Shown here in pieces: positions 51,615 to 60,419 of a stretch of 64,000 bases of DNA. The stretch comes from Dehalococcoidia bacterium. GTDB taxonomy: Bacteria > Chloroflexota > Dehalococcoidia > Lucifugimonadales > Australimonadaceae. Both the position numbers and the translations under genes were made by a program. The notes beneath the pieces are model-generated. The model searched no databases. It worked only from the letters and a program-made list of their open reading frames with translations, and was not told the DNA's origin. Within the stretch, counting starts at the first letter, position 1. The number at the start of each line of letters is the position of its first letter. The stretch is from positions 476,852 through 540,851 of the forward strand of contig CBDFJL010000003.1 in the NCBI GenBank assembly GCA_965248495.1. The letters run 5' to 3'.

Positions 51615-52430
51615 ATGGACTGGGGCGCCTTCGTGGCCTTGAAAATCGTCGTGCTGGCCAAGCAGGTGGTCGACCCGGAGATGCCATCGTCGGCCTTCCG
51701 CATCGACGCGGACGGCCTGCGGGTAGCGACACCGCCGAACCTCGCCCCCGTGGTCAACGGGTTCGACGAGCAGGCCGTGGAGGCCGCGCTGCGCATCAAA
51801 GAGGCCGTCGGCGACGCACACGTCACGGTGCTCTCGGCAGGCGCACGGTTCGCGTCGGACGTCATCAAGAAGCCGCTGGCCATGGGTGCCGACGCACTCG
51901 TGCTGGTGGAAGACGAGGCCCTGGCCGACACCCACGACCCGCTACCCATCGTCGACGCGTTGGCCGCTGCCGTACGCAGGTTGGGCGACGTCGATCTGCT
52001 GCTGGCCGGTAGGCAGGCGTCCGACTGGGACAACGCGCAGGTACCCATCGGCCTGGCCGAGGTGCTTGGCTGGCCCGTTGTCACCATTGCCCGCACGGTG
52101 GTCGGCGGCGGCGATGTGGTGCGTGTAGAACGCGTGCTGCCGGACGGGTACGAGGTCGTGGAGCTGGCGCTGCCGGCGGTGGTAACGGTCTCCAATGAGC
52201 TGGGCAACGCCCGGTACCCCAACATGCGCGGCATCATGAACGCCAAGCGCATCGAGCCCACGCGGTGGGGTCTCGCCGACCTCGGCGTGGCGCACCGGCC
52301 CGGTGCGTTGGAGCTGCTCTCGCTGGCGCTGCCGGCACGGGACCGCGTCACCGAAATGGTGGCGGGCGAGGACGACGCGGACGCCGGAAGGCGCTTGGCG
52401 ATGCGCCTCCACGAAGAGAAGCTGCTATGA
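51615..52430 (+). CDS. etfB: electron transfer flavoprotein subunit beta
   Basis: LKIVVLAKQVVDPE...NGFDEQAVEAALRIKE...LLLAGRQASDWDNAQVPIGLAEVLGWP matches EtfB. Confidence 0.88.
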   Translation: MDWGAFVALKIVVLAKQVVDPEMPSSAFRIDADGLRVATPPNLAPVVNGFDEQAVEAALRIKEAVGDAHVTVLSAGARFASDVIKKPLAMGADALVLVEDEALADTHDPLPIVDALAAAVRRLGDVDLLLAGRQASDWDNAQVPIGLAEVLGWPVVTIARTVVGGGDVVRVERVLPDGYEVVELALPAVVTVSNELGNARYPNMRGIMNAKRIEPTRWGLADLGVAHRPGALELLSLALPARDRVTEMVAGEDDADAGRRLAMRLHEEKLL

Positions 52431-52449
52431 GGCTCACGTAGCGTAAGAG

Positions 52450-53430
52450 ATGACCAGCGCGCACACGACATTGGTGGTTGGCGAAGCAACGCCGGTCGGC
52501 CCATCGGCAACGACCCTCGAGGCCCTCGCCGCCGCCCGAGGTCTCGCCGCAGGCGTCGACCTGCTGCTGATCGGACCAGGCGCTGAGGCCGCCGGGAGCA
52601 TCGCCATCCAGCATGGGGCTGACGCCGTACACACGGTGGACGCCGAGGTCACGGTCGAGGAGGCCGTCGCCCTGGTCGCCGAGGCCGCACGCCGCATCGG
52701 GCCCAACGTCGTGCTGGGCGCCAAGGAGTTCGCGGGCGGTGCGATGCCCCGAATCGGCTTCCGCCTGGGGACGGCGCTGGCGCAGGACTGCACCGAGGTA
52801 GGCCTCGACGCGGACGGCCGTCTCGTCGCCACGCGGCCGGTCTACGGCGGCAACGCGGTCGCCACGGTGCGCTGTACCTCCACGCCGGCCGTCGCTTCGC
52901 TCCGTGGCCGTGCCTACGAGCCGCTGCCAGCCGACCCCGCTCGCACCGGCGAGGTCCAGCCGTTCGACGCGGAGCTCGCCGGGGACTCGCGAGTGCGGGT
53001 GGTGGAGCGGATCGAGAGACAGGCCGAGGGCGTCAGGCTGGAGGACGCGCGGATCATCGTCGGCGGCGGACGAGGGCTGGGTGGACCCGAGCCCTTCGTT
53101 CAGCTCGAGGCGCTGGCGACACTGCTCCACGGCACCGTGGGCGCATCGCGGGCGGCTTGCGACGCCGGCTGGGTACCTTCCAGCTACCAGATTGGGCTCA
53201 CCGGCAAGTCGGTCGCTCCTGACCTGTATATCGCAGTCGGCATCTCAGGGGCGAGCCAACACTTGGCGGGGCTCAGCGGCGCTCGTGATATCGTTGCTAT
53301 CAACAAGGACGCGAGCGCCAATATCTTCAGGGAGGCCCGCTTCGGCGTGGCCGGCGATTGGCAGAAGGTGCTGCCCGCGTTCATCGACCAGCTCCACGAG
53401 CTGCTCGACGAGCGGTCGGCGGGAGGGTGA
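52450..53430 (+). CDS. etfA: electron transfer flavoprotein subunit alpha
   Basis: [12 protein letters not shown]...[10 protein letters not shown]...[45 protein letters not shown] matches EtfA. Confidence 0.9.
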   Translation: MTSAHTTLVVGEATPVGPSATTLEALAAARGLAAGVDLLLIGPGAEAAGSIAIQHGADAVHTVDAEVTVEEAVALVAEAARRIGPNVVLGAKEFAGGAMPRIGFRLGTALAQDCTEVGLDADGRLVATRPVYGGNAVATVRCTSTPAVASLRGRAYEPLPADPARTGEVQPFDAELAGDSRVRVVERIERQAEGVRLEDARIIVGGGRGLGGPEPFVQLEALATLLHGTVGASRAACDAGWVPSSYQIGLTGKSVAPDLYIAVGISGASQHLAGLSGARDIVAINKDASANIFREARFGVAGDWQKVLPAFIDQLHELLDERSAGG

Positions 53431-53432
53431 GG

Positions 53433-53885
53433 ATGTCGATGCAACCCGATTTCGACAATGACATGACGGAGGCGGTGGAGAACGCAGAGCGGTCCGAAGT
53501 GGTCTGCGTCATCATCCCCTTCATCAATCAGTGCCTCGTCCTCGACTCCCGGGAGGCCAAAGGTGACCCGCCGCGGCTTACGGTTTCACAGCCGCTGGGC
53601 TCGGCGGAGCGCCGTCTGCGCCATGTCAACCAGGCGCGGCCGAACATGAAGCACACCAGAGAACTCGCCGTCATCCCTTGGGTCGGCTCCGTGCAAAGCT
53701 TCGCCAACTCAGGCGCGTGGGACATGATCGTCCGCCGAATGGTCGACTCCGGCTTCACCGAATCGGCCGGGGCGTGCGATGAGGTGCTCGACGAACTGCG
53801 CCAGTGGGAGCGCCGGGCCCTGGTGTCGATGATCCAGGGCCAAGGCCCGTTCCACACGCTGTGGGCACGCGCGGGGTCTCGCTAG
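53433..53885 (+). CDS. hypothetical protein (150 aa) immediately downstream of etfA
   Basis: The ATG is 2 nt after the etfA stop. [67 protein letters not shown]... has no motif I recognise. Confidence 0.5.
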   Translation: MSMQPDFDNDMTEAVENAERSEVVCVIIPFINQCLVLDSREAKGDPPRLTVSQPLGSAERRLRHVNQARPNMKHTRELAVIPWVGSVQSFANSGAWDMIVRRMVDSGFTESAGACDEVLDELRQWERRALVSMIQGQGPFHTLWARAGSR

Positions 53886-53959
53886 GCGACGACCGGGCCT
53901 GACGAGCGGTTTGCCACGCACCCACTGACAGGCTCTGACACCCAGCCGTTGGGGGCGGG

Positions 53960-55990
53960 CTAGGCCTTGGCCAGCTCCTTGGCGCGCCCCTCGACGATCT
54001 TCTGCTGGACTTGAGGCGGCACCTCAGCGTAGTGGTCGAACCGCACCGTCATGGTTCCCCTGCCCCGCGTGAGCGCACGCAGGCTGGTCGCCCATTGTTG
54101 GATCTCAGCCCGCGGCACCACCGCATCGATGACGGCGACGCCGCCTATGGGCGTCATGCCGTTGATCCGCGCACGCCGGGTGTTGAGGTCGCCGACGACT
54201 GCCCCTGCGGCCGACTCCGGCACGGTGATCTCAGCTCGCATGACTGGCTCCAACAAAACGGGGACTGCGTCGCGAATGCCCTGCCTCAGCGCCATGCCGC
54301 CTGCGATCTCGAAGCTTGCGCCCGAGGAGTCGACCGGGTGGGCGCTGCCGTCAAAGAGGACGACGCGCACATCGACGATGGGGAAGCCGTCGGAACCGCC
54401 GTCCAGGGCTTTCGCTACACCTTTCTCCACGGCGGGGATGAACTCCTTCGGTACGTTGCCGCCGACGACCTTGCTACCGAACTCGAACCCGGCGCCACGG
54501 TCCCGTGGCTCCAGGCGGATGACGACGTGGCCGTACTGGCCGTGGCCGCCCGTCTGCTTTTTGTGGCGGTACTCGGAGTTGGTGACTTTGCTGATGGTCT
54601 CTCGGTAGGGAATCCGCGGGACGCTCAGGCCCAGCTCGACGCCGAACTTGCGCTTGGCCCGCTCGGCCATGACGTCGACGTGGGTCTCGCCCATGCCCAT
54701 GGCAACGAGCTCGCCGGTCTCCGGGTCGCGCTCCAGCTTCAGCGACGGGTCCTCCTCAGCGAGCCGGCCGAGCGCGGTCGACATCTTGTCCAGGTCGGCC
54801 TGGCTCTTGGGGTGGACCCCGACGCTATAGATGGCTCGCGGAAATTCGATGGGCGGCAGGCTCACGCCGTCGGCCCTGGTCGTCAGCGTGTCGCCGGTGA
54901 CGGCGTGGGCCAGCTTGGTCGCGGCGCCGATATCGCCCGCGGCCAGGCTGGGAACATTTTCCTGGTGTTTTCCGATGGGCACGGAGATCTGGCCCACACG
55001 CTCAGCCTCACCCCGAGTGGAGTCGAACAGCTCTTGGTGGGGCATCATGGCGCCGCTGTACACCCGGAAGTAGGAGATCTTGCCCACGAAGGGGTCCGCT
55101 GAGGTCTTGAACACCAGGGCGGCTAGCGGTCCCGCGTCGTCAGCGGTCAGCTCGACGTCCGCGCCGCCTTTGGACGCATGGATGGCGCGCGCCTGGGCCG
55201 GCGACGGCACGAAGTCGACGATCGCGTGCAGCAACTCGGGGATGCCGACGCCGGTGGTAGCGGACCCGGCCAGGACCGGGACCACGTGGCCTCCACGGAC
55301 ACCGGCGGCAAGGCCTTGCTCGATCTCCTGCGGCGAGAGTTCGCCCTCCTCTAGGTACTTCTCAGTCAGGGCATCGTCGGTCTCCGCGACGGCCTCCGCC
55401 AGCTGCTCCCGCGTGTCGTCGGCGGCGGCCTTCATCTCGGCTGGCGCATCGCCTTTGAGGACGTCTACAACGCCGGACAGGCTGCTTTCAGCGCCGATGG
55501 GCATATTGAAAGCGACGCACTGGCTACCCAACCTGCTGCGCAGCTGGGCGAGGGTGCCGGTAAAGTCGGCGTTCTCGCGGTCCATCTTGTTGATGAAGAT
55601 GATGGTGGGGACGCCGAGGTGACGGAGACGGTGCCACGCCAGCTCGGTGCCAACCTCGATACCTGAGGGCGCGGAGACCACCAGCACCGCGGCGTCGACG
55701 GCACGCAGCGCCGAGACGGTCTCGCCCTCGAAGTCGGCGTAACCGGGCGTATCGACGAGGTTGACCTTATGGCCGTTGGTGATGCACGGCACGACGGACA
55801 ACTGCAGGCTGGTCCGGTGCTTGTGCTCCTCAGGCTCGAAGTCTGAGACGGTGTTACCGTCTTCCACTTTGCCCAGACGGGTGATGGCGCCCTCGGCGAA
55901 CAACATCGCCTCGACGAGCGTCGTCTTTCCGCTGCCAGGATGCGCCAAGAGCGCCACGTTGCGCAGACGGTCGGTCGTGAACTGGTCCAC
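53960..55990 (-). CDS. elongation factor G family GTPase (paralogue outside the str operon)
   Basis: (GTG)DQFTTDRLRNVALLAHPGSGKTTLVEAML...NLVDTPGYADF...INKMD are the G1, G3 and G4 motifs. Domains II-V extend through ...QQKIVEGRAKE. GGAGGAG lies upstream of GTG 55990. Confidence 0.9.
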   Translation of the reverse strand: MDQFTTDRLRNVALLAHPGSGKTTLVEAMLFAEGAITRLGKVEDGNTVSDFEPEEHKHRTSLQLSVVPCITNGHKVNLVDTPGYADFEGETVSALRAVDAAVLVVSAPSGIEVGTELAWHRLRHLGVPTIIFINKMDRENADFTGTLAQLRSRLGSQCVAFNMPIGAESSLSGVVDVLKGDAPAEMKAAADDTREQLAEAVAETDDALTEKYLEEGELSPQEIEQGLAAGVRGGHVVPVLAGSATTGVGIPELLHAIVDFVPSPAQARAIHASKGGADVELTADDAGPLAALVFKTSADPFVGKISYFRVYSGAMMPHQELFDSTRGEAERVGQISVPIGKHQENVPSLAAGDIGAATKLAHAVTGDTLTTRADGVSLPPIEFPRAIYSVGVHPKSQADLDKMSTALGRLAEEDPSLKLERDPETGELVAMGMGETHVDVMAERAKRKFGVELGLSVPRIPYRETISKVTNSEYRHKKQTGGHGQYGHVVIRLEPRDRGAGFEFGSKVVGGNVPKEFIPAVEKGVAKALDGGSDGFPIVDVRVVLFDGSAHPVDSSGASFEIAGGMALRQGIRDAVPVLLEPVMRAEITVPESAAGAVVGDLNTRRARINGMTPIGGVAVIDAVVPRAEIQQWATSLRALTRGRGTMTVRFDHYAEVPPQVQQKIVEGRAKELAKA

Positions 55991-56108
55991 GTTGCTCCTC
56001 CGCGAAGCCTCGAAGTGAGTCAGTTGCCCAGGTTCCCCGGCGGCATTGTAGCCGCGACGCTTTGGGAGCGCCAACCCATGGCCTTGAGTCGTAATCTGTA
56101 GCACGATC

Positions 56109-57407
56109 ATGTTCCGTCGAAGCTTTCGCTCTCTTCCGCTGCTCTTGGCCACCGCCTTGTTGGCGCTACTCCTGTTTGCGGGCGCTGGCCGGGGCGATAC
56201 GGTCTCGGACGTGGACCGGCGGACCGCGCCGATCCGGCAGGACCTGGTGCGCTGGGAGGCTACCCACATCTTGGACAAGTGGTGGAACCGCTTCGCTGCC
56301 TCGGTGCTCCGCCAGGGCTCCGGCGAGGACGCGCGGCGGGATGCGCTCGCCACGTTCTTCGACCTGGGCCGCAGCATAGGTGACGTCGACCGCGAGCTGG
56401 CCCAGGCGCTGGCGCAGCCGGCAGCGCAGGGCTCTCGAGCAGCCGGCGACGTTTTCGCAGAGCTGGAGGCGCTCGAGGACCAGCGGGCGGGCACTCAGCC
56501 GTTGGTCGAGGAGGCCATCGAAAGCGCCATCACCGCTGCCCTAGGCGACTTGGGCGTCATCGACAGCTTCGGGCCGCTCCGCTGGCCCCCTGTCGACTTC
56601 ACGTTCGAGCCAGGAGCGCTGGTGCTGGTGCGCTCACCCAGGGACGAGATCCGGCGACTCGAAGATACGCTGCTGCGGGCCGACGTTGACCTGCTCGCGC
56701 AGCAGCGGCTCGAGGAGGGCGTGGAGGACGACGACTCGGCTGTATCGGCGCTGGTGGTCCGCGTAGGCGGCATCGCCACCTACCCCGCACAGGTGTCACC
56801 CTCGGGGTCGCTCCACGACACGCTCATCCTCGCGAGCCACGAGTGGACCCACCACTGGCTGGTCTTCCGCCCGCTGGGCCTGCGCTGGTGGCAAGGCGGC
56901 GAGCTCGCGAGCCTCAACGAGACGTTTGCCGATATCGTGGGCGAGGAGGTCGGCGACCTGGCGCTGGGGGTCCTCACGGGCGACGCCTTCGAGCGGCCCC
57001 CGTGGAAGCCGCCGGTGTTCGAGCCCTCGGCGCCCTCGGCGGACGATGACCTGGAGGGCTTCGACTTCCAGCGCTACATGCGAGAGACCCGCGTCAGGTT
57101 GGACGAGCTGCTCGCGGAGGGCCGCGTGACCGATGCGGAGGCCTGGCTCGAGGAGCGCCGCCTTGGTCTGCTGGAGAACGGCCAGCCTCTCCGCAAGCTG
57201 AACACGGCCTTCTTTGCCTTCCACGGCACCTACGCGGGCGACCCACATGGGGGCGGCGTCAACCCGATCGAGGGGCAGCTCAGGACGCTGCGCTCGGCTG
57301 CGGGGAGCCTTGCTGAGTTCGTCGGCCAGGTCTCGGGCATCACCAAGACAGGCCAGCTGGAGGCGATGGCGCGAGCAGCGGGCTGGGAGCCGCCCGCGTC
57401 ATCCTGA
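56109..57407 (+). CDS. putative secreted/membrane-anchored HExxH protein (possible zinc metalloprotease)
   Basis: The N-terminus MFRRSFRSLPLLLATALLALLLFAGAG looks like a signal or anchor. ILASHEWTHHWL contains HEWTH. I cannot assign a wider family. Confidence 0.55.
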   Translation: MFRRSFRSLPLLLATALLALLLFAGAGRGDTVSDVDRRTAPIRQDLVRWEATHILDKWWNRFAASVLRQGSGEDARRDALATFFDLGRSIGDVDRELAQALAQPAAQGSRAAGDVFAELEALEDQRAGTQPLVEEAIESAITAALGDLGVIDSFGPLRWPPVDFTFEPGALVLVRSPRDEIRRLEDTLLRADVDLLAQQRLEEGVEDDDSAVSALVVRVGGIATYPAQVSPSGSLHDTLILASHEWTHHWLVFRPLGLRWWQGGELASLNETFADIVGEEVGDLALGVLTGDAFERPPWKPPVFEPSAPSADDDLEGFDFQRYMRETRVRLDELLAEGRVTDAEAWLEERRLGLLENGQPLRKLNTAFFAFHGTYAGDPHGGGVNPIEGQLRTLRSAAGSLAEFVGQVSGITKTGQLEAMARAAGWEPPASS

Positions 57408-57581
57408 GCGCAGCGAAGGATCTGGCTGAGCGCAGCGAAGGATCTGGCTGAGCGCAGCGAAGGATCTGGCTGAGCGCAGCGAAGGATCTGGCTGAGCGCA
57501 GCGAAGGATCTGGCTGAGCGCAGCGAAGGATCTGGCTGAGCGCAGCGAAGGATCTGGCTGAGCGCAGCGAAGGGTCTGGCA
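57406..57581. repeat. tandem array: 7 perfect + 1 degenerate copy of 22-bp unit GAGCGCAGCGAAGGATCTGGCT
   Basis: Counted directly, with unit starts at 57406, 57428, 57450, 57472, 57494, 57516, 57538 and 57560. The last unit reads GAGCGCAGCGAAGGGTCTGGCA. The array begins inside the TGA stop codon of the upstream CDS. Confidence 0.95.
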
Positions 57582-57603
57582 GGTATGACCGCCGCTTGCT
57601 CCA

Positions 57604-57645
57604 CCAGATCCTTCGGCCTCCCTTGTCGACCTCAGGATGACAGTG
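57604..57645 (+). repeat. repeat family A-like copy forming the inverted partner of the 22-bp array
   Basis: In CCAGATCCTTCGGCCTCCCTTGTCGACCTCAGGATGACAG, CCAGATCCTTCG is the reverse complement of CGAAGGATCTGG in the array unit. CCTCAGGATGAC mirrors GTCATCCTGAGC at 57399-57410. Confidence 0.8.
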
Positions 57646-57729
57646 TGGGTCCCAGCGCCGCCCCGGCGGTGGCCGCACTCGGCAGACGTAACGTCTCGCG
57701 AGCGGACCGCCGGGGCGGCGCTGGGCGCC

Positions 57730-58836
57730 CTACCAGTCGGGCTGGGTGTTGGGGAGCACGTCGGCGGTGAGCCGCCGCTGGTCCGAGCCGTCAGCCTCCA
57801 TGGCGAAGAGGTCCGACTTGCCGGATGGTGTCGACGTGAAGACGACCTTCCCTGAAGGCCCGACGTCGACGGATGACTCGTCGAAGTCGTTGGCCGTCAA
57901 CAGCACGAGGTCCGCTCCGTCCAGGCCGACGGCGGCGATGTCGGGGCCGCCGTTACGGTCGGAGATGAAGACGACGCGCTTTCCATCCGCGGACCAGGTC
58001 GGTGCCCATTCGTTGGCGGGGTTCATGGTGACGTTGACCTGCTGCGTGACACTGCCGTCGTCACGCACCTCGACCACGTAGATCTCCTGGTTGTTGTCCC
58101 GCTCGGACACGAAAGCCAGCCACTTGCCATTCGGTGACCAAGACGGTGCGTAGTCCCGAGTCTGGCTCACCTGAATCGTGTTCACGCCGCCAGGGTTGCG
58201 CAGGAAGATGCCGATGGGTACGCCGTTGGGGTCCTGCACGGAGAAGGCCACCCAGCGGTCCTGTGGCGACCAAGCGGGGTCCGCCTCGCCCTCACGCCCG
58301 AAGATGAGCCGGTTGGGTCTGAGGGTGTCGAGCGCCAGCCAGTAGATGCGCGGTGGGCCATCGATGTCGGGCGAGACGTACGCCAATCGCTTGCCGTCCG
58401 GCGACCAGGTGACGTTTGACTCGTCGACGCCGGTGTTGGTCACGCGGAGTGAGCTCGAGCTCGAGGGGTTGCTGGGATCGGCGAACGATAGCGTGACGTA
58501 GACCTCGACGTTGCCGTCGCGGTCGCTCAGGTACGCCACGCGGGTCCGGTCCGGTGACCAGACGGCGGCGAAGTCGTCGGCCGGGTGGCCCACGATGATG
58601 CGCCCATCGGTGCCGTCGGGCCGGATGACGGCAATGTCGCGAGCGCCCTCGTCGCCCGCGGAATACACGATGAACTCCTCGTCGTCCAGCAGGCCGCAGG
58701 CGCTGGCGAGCCCAGCGACGACCGCGAAAAGGAGGGCTGCCAGCGTCAGGGACGCTGGGGAGCGGGGCGTAGCCAAGCGTGCTCGATGTAGGGGTGTTAG
58801 GGCCATCGGAGGTCGGTCATCCTGGGGCGTTTCCAA
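57730..58836 (-). CDS. TolB-like / PD40 beta-propeller repeat protein, probable lipoprotein or anchored
   Basis: It has repeated WSPDxxxxAYxSDRDGNxEIY-type blades (WSPDRTRVAYLSDRDGNVEVYV, WSPDGKRLAYVS, WSPNGKWLAFVSERDNNQEIYV, WSADGKRVVFISDRNGGPDI). The N-terminus reads LLFAVVAGLASAC. The start may be the internal ATG (MALTPL). Confidence 0.8.
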   Translation of the reverse strand: METPQDDRPPMALTPLHRARLATPRSPASLTLAALLFAVVAGLASACGLLDDEEFIVYSAGDEGARDIAVIRPDGTDGRIIVGHPADDFAAVWSPDRTRVAYLSDRDGNVEVYVTLSFADPSNPSSSSSLRVTNTGVDESNVTWSPDGKRLAYVSPDIDGPPRIYWLALDTLRPNRLIFGREGEADPAWSPQDRWVAFSVQDPNGVPIGIFLRNPGGVNTIQVSQTRDYAPSWSPNGKWLAFVSERDNNQEIYVVEVRDDGSVTQQVNVTMNPANEWAPTWSADGKRVVFISDRNGGPDIAAVGLDGADLVLLTANDFDESSVDVGPSGKVVFTSTPSGKSDLFAMEADGSDQRRLTADVLPNTQPDW

Positions 58837-58914
58837 GGCAACGATGCACCGCAGGCCAAGGCGAAGGATTCTCGACTCGAACGTAGCAGAATGTCCAAAC
58901 GTTTGCCTAGGCGT

Positions 58915-59280
58915 TTAGAAGGGTAGCCACGGCCGTTCCTGTCCACGCTTTATGCGGGCAGGGTTCACGAATCCGTACCCGAAGCCGCCCACGATCCCTA
59001 TAGCCGCGCCGCCGATGACGGCCGCGGTCGGCAGCCACAGCGGCACTTCGGCGATGTCCTGATCGCAGTCGGTCTGCACCTCGTCGAGGGTCGCTTCCTC
59101 AAAGGTGCGCAGCTCCTCGCAGCGCTGGGCCGACCCCACGAAGACCGACTGGATGAACACGGCGGGGACCAGGCCCGCCACCAGGCCCACGAAGCCGACG
59201 AGCAGGGCGAGGAGCAGGCCACGAATGATGCGGCGGCCTAGGGTGTCAGGCTGCTGTATGGCCCCGGCGGCCTCGATCAT
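58915..59280 (-). CDS. hypothetical membrane protein
   Basis: There are two hydrophobic helices, LLLALLVGFVGLVAGLVPAVFI and AAVIGGAAIGIVGGFGYGF. I place the start at ATG 59280, overlapping the upstream stop (ATGA). Confidence 0.5.
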   Translation of the reverse strand: MIEAAGAIQQPDTLGRRIIRGLLLALLVGFVGLVAGLVPAVFIQSVFVGSAQRCEELRTFEEATLDEVQTDCDQDIAEVPLWLPTAAVIGGAAIGIVGGFGYGFVNPARIKRGQERPWLPF

Positions 59281-60059
59281 CGCCCCAGGACCGCCATCCG
59301 GTGCTCCGGCGGAAGCTTGGTCGCGGCCAATCTGACTATCGTCTCGGGGCTGCGGTCCTTCCACGGCATCAAGAACTCCACCACCCGGTCGGCCTTCAGC
59401 CGGGTCGCCTCCATGAGCAGCGTCCCGACTCCCTCTTGCACGGCCGCGTCCTCATCCTCCATCAGCAGCTCGGCCACCTCCAGCGCGTCGGTCAGGAAGC
59501 GGCCCTCGCGCACCAGCGGCGTGAAGGCCATGACCGCCGCGCGGCGCTGCCACCGGCCGCCCGAGCGGGCCCACTCAGCCAGCGTGGCTACCAGCGACGG
59601 TTTCCCGGACAACGAGCGGGAGATCATATGGGCGCTGACGTCGTCGGTGTTCGGGGCATTGGTGAGGCACCCCACCCATGCGGCGAAACGCTCGAATTCG
59701 CCTGCGCCGATGTGTCGGGCTTGCGCGGTAACGACCACGTCGGCCACGATTCCCTCCTCGATGTTGCCGCTGAGGAACAGCGGATCAGCGATAGCCATGG
59801 CCAGCGGCAGGCCTGCCCCACGCACGTGCCGCATGAGGTCCTGCCCGAAGCGGTTGGCCTGCTGGAGCGGCACGCCGTAGCAGGGCGTCGCCTCGCCGTG
59901 CTCCCGCCGCAGCTGGGCTGCCGCCTGCGGCTTTCCCGCACTACGTAGACGACTGCGGACTTCGTCAACCAGCTGGGCGGCACGCTGCTGCGTCGCTTCG
60001 TCAATGGCGGGCGTCGCGGTGCTGGGCCGGGGGTCCTGGCGCGGGCGGTGTCGAGCCAT
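59277..60059 (-). CDS. DNA alkylation repair protein (AlkD-like HEAT-repeat family)
   Basis: ...WARSGGRWQRRAAVMAFTPLVREGRF...DAAVQEGVGTLLMEA... fits my recollection of the PF08713 pattern (W.rR.a....). It appears all-helical. Confidence 0.65.
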   Translation of the reverse strand: MARHRPRQDPRPSTATPAIDEATQQRAAQLVDEVRSRLRSAGKPQAAAQLRREHGEATPCYGVPLQQANRFGQDLMRHVRGAGLPLAMAIADPLFLSGNIEEGIVADVVVTAQARHIGAGEFERFAAWVGCLTNAPNTDDVSAHMISRSLSGKPSLVATLAEWARSGGRWQRRAAVMAFTPLVREGRFLTDALEVAELLMEDEDAAVQEGVGTLLMEATRLKADRVVEFLMPWKDRSPETIVRLAATKLPPEHRMAVLGR

Positions 60060-60166
60060 GGCACCATTCTAGCGCCGCTGACGCGGGCAAATGCCGTCGA
60101 GGCGGACTAGTGCTGCCGACCCAGGGCTAGCGCCGCCGGTGTCGAGGAGGGTATCAACGAGGGCGG

Positions 60167-60243
60167 TGGTGGCGCATACGGGATTCGAACCCGTGGTCTT
60201 CGCCTTGAGAGGGCGATGTCCTGGGCCACTAGACGAATGCGCC
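60167..60243 (-). tRNA. tRNA-Glu (anticodon CUC), CCA encoded
   Basis: The reverse complement is GGCGCATTCGTCTAGTGGCCCAGGACATCGCCCTCTCAAGGCGAAGACCACGGGTTCGAATCCCGTATGCGCCACCA. It has acceptor stem GGCGCAT/ATGCGCC, anticodon stem TCGCC/GGCGA with loop CTCTCAA, and T-arm ACGGG-TTCGAAT-CCCGT. The D-arm GTCTAGTGGCCCAGGAC is typical of tRNA-Glu. Confidence 0.9.
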
Positions 60244-60272
60244 ACGGAGAAGGCCGCGGCCAGGCCCAGGCC

Positions 60273-60302
60273 AGTATAACGGAGGCGTTTCGCCTCCGCC
60301 AA
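60273..60302 (-). promoter_or_regulatory. candidate sigma-70-type promoter for tRNA-Glu (TTGGCG-18 nt-TATACT)
   Basis: On the minus strand, TATACT (60278-60273) lies 29 nt upstream of the mature tRNA 5' end, and TTGGCG is at 60302-60297. This rests on pattern match only. Confidence 0.3.
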
Positions 60303-60419
60303 CGCCCCTGATCGTCCCCGCACCCACGGCTTGACGGAGGTTGGGACGTTCCCGTACGTTCTCGCGGCGAGAATCGGACGAGTGGGGCGCGTTCACACGC
60401 CGGCTTCAGGAGGGTCGCC

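Noticed and set aside
57406-57581. Possible CRISPR array because of regularly spaced identical 22-bp units
   Set aside because: The units are directly contiguous with no spacers. The unit is shorter than typical CRISPR repeats, and no cas genes lie nearby. It is a simple tandem repeat.
57230-57678. Minus-strand ORFs with repeated DPSLRSARSFAALSQILRCAQP peptides as a repeat protein
   Set aside because: They are simply translations of the 22-bp tandem array, which is not a multiple of 3 and so cycles through frames. They have no start context.
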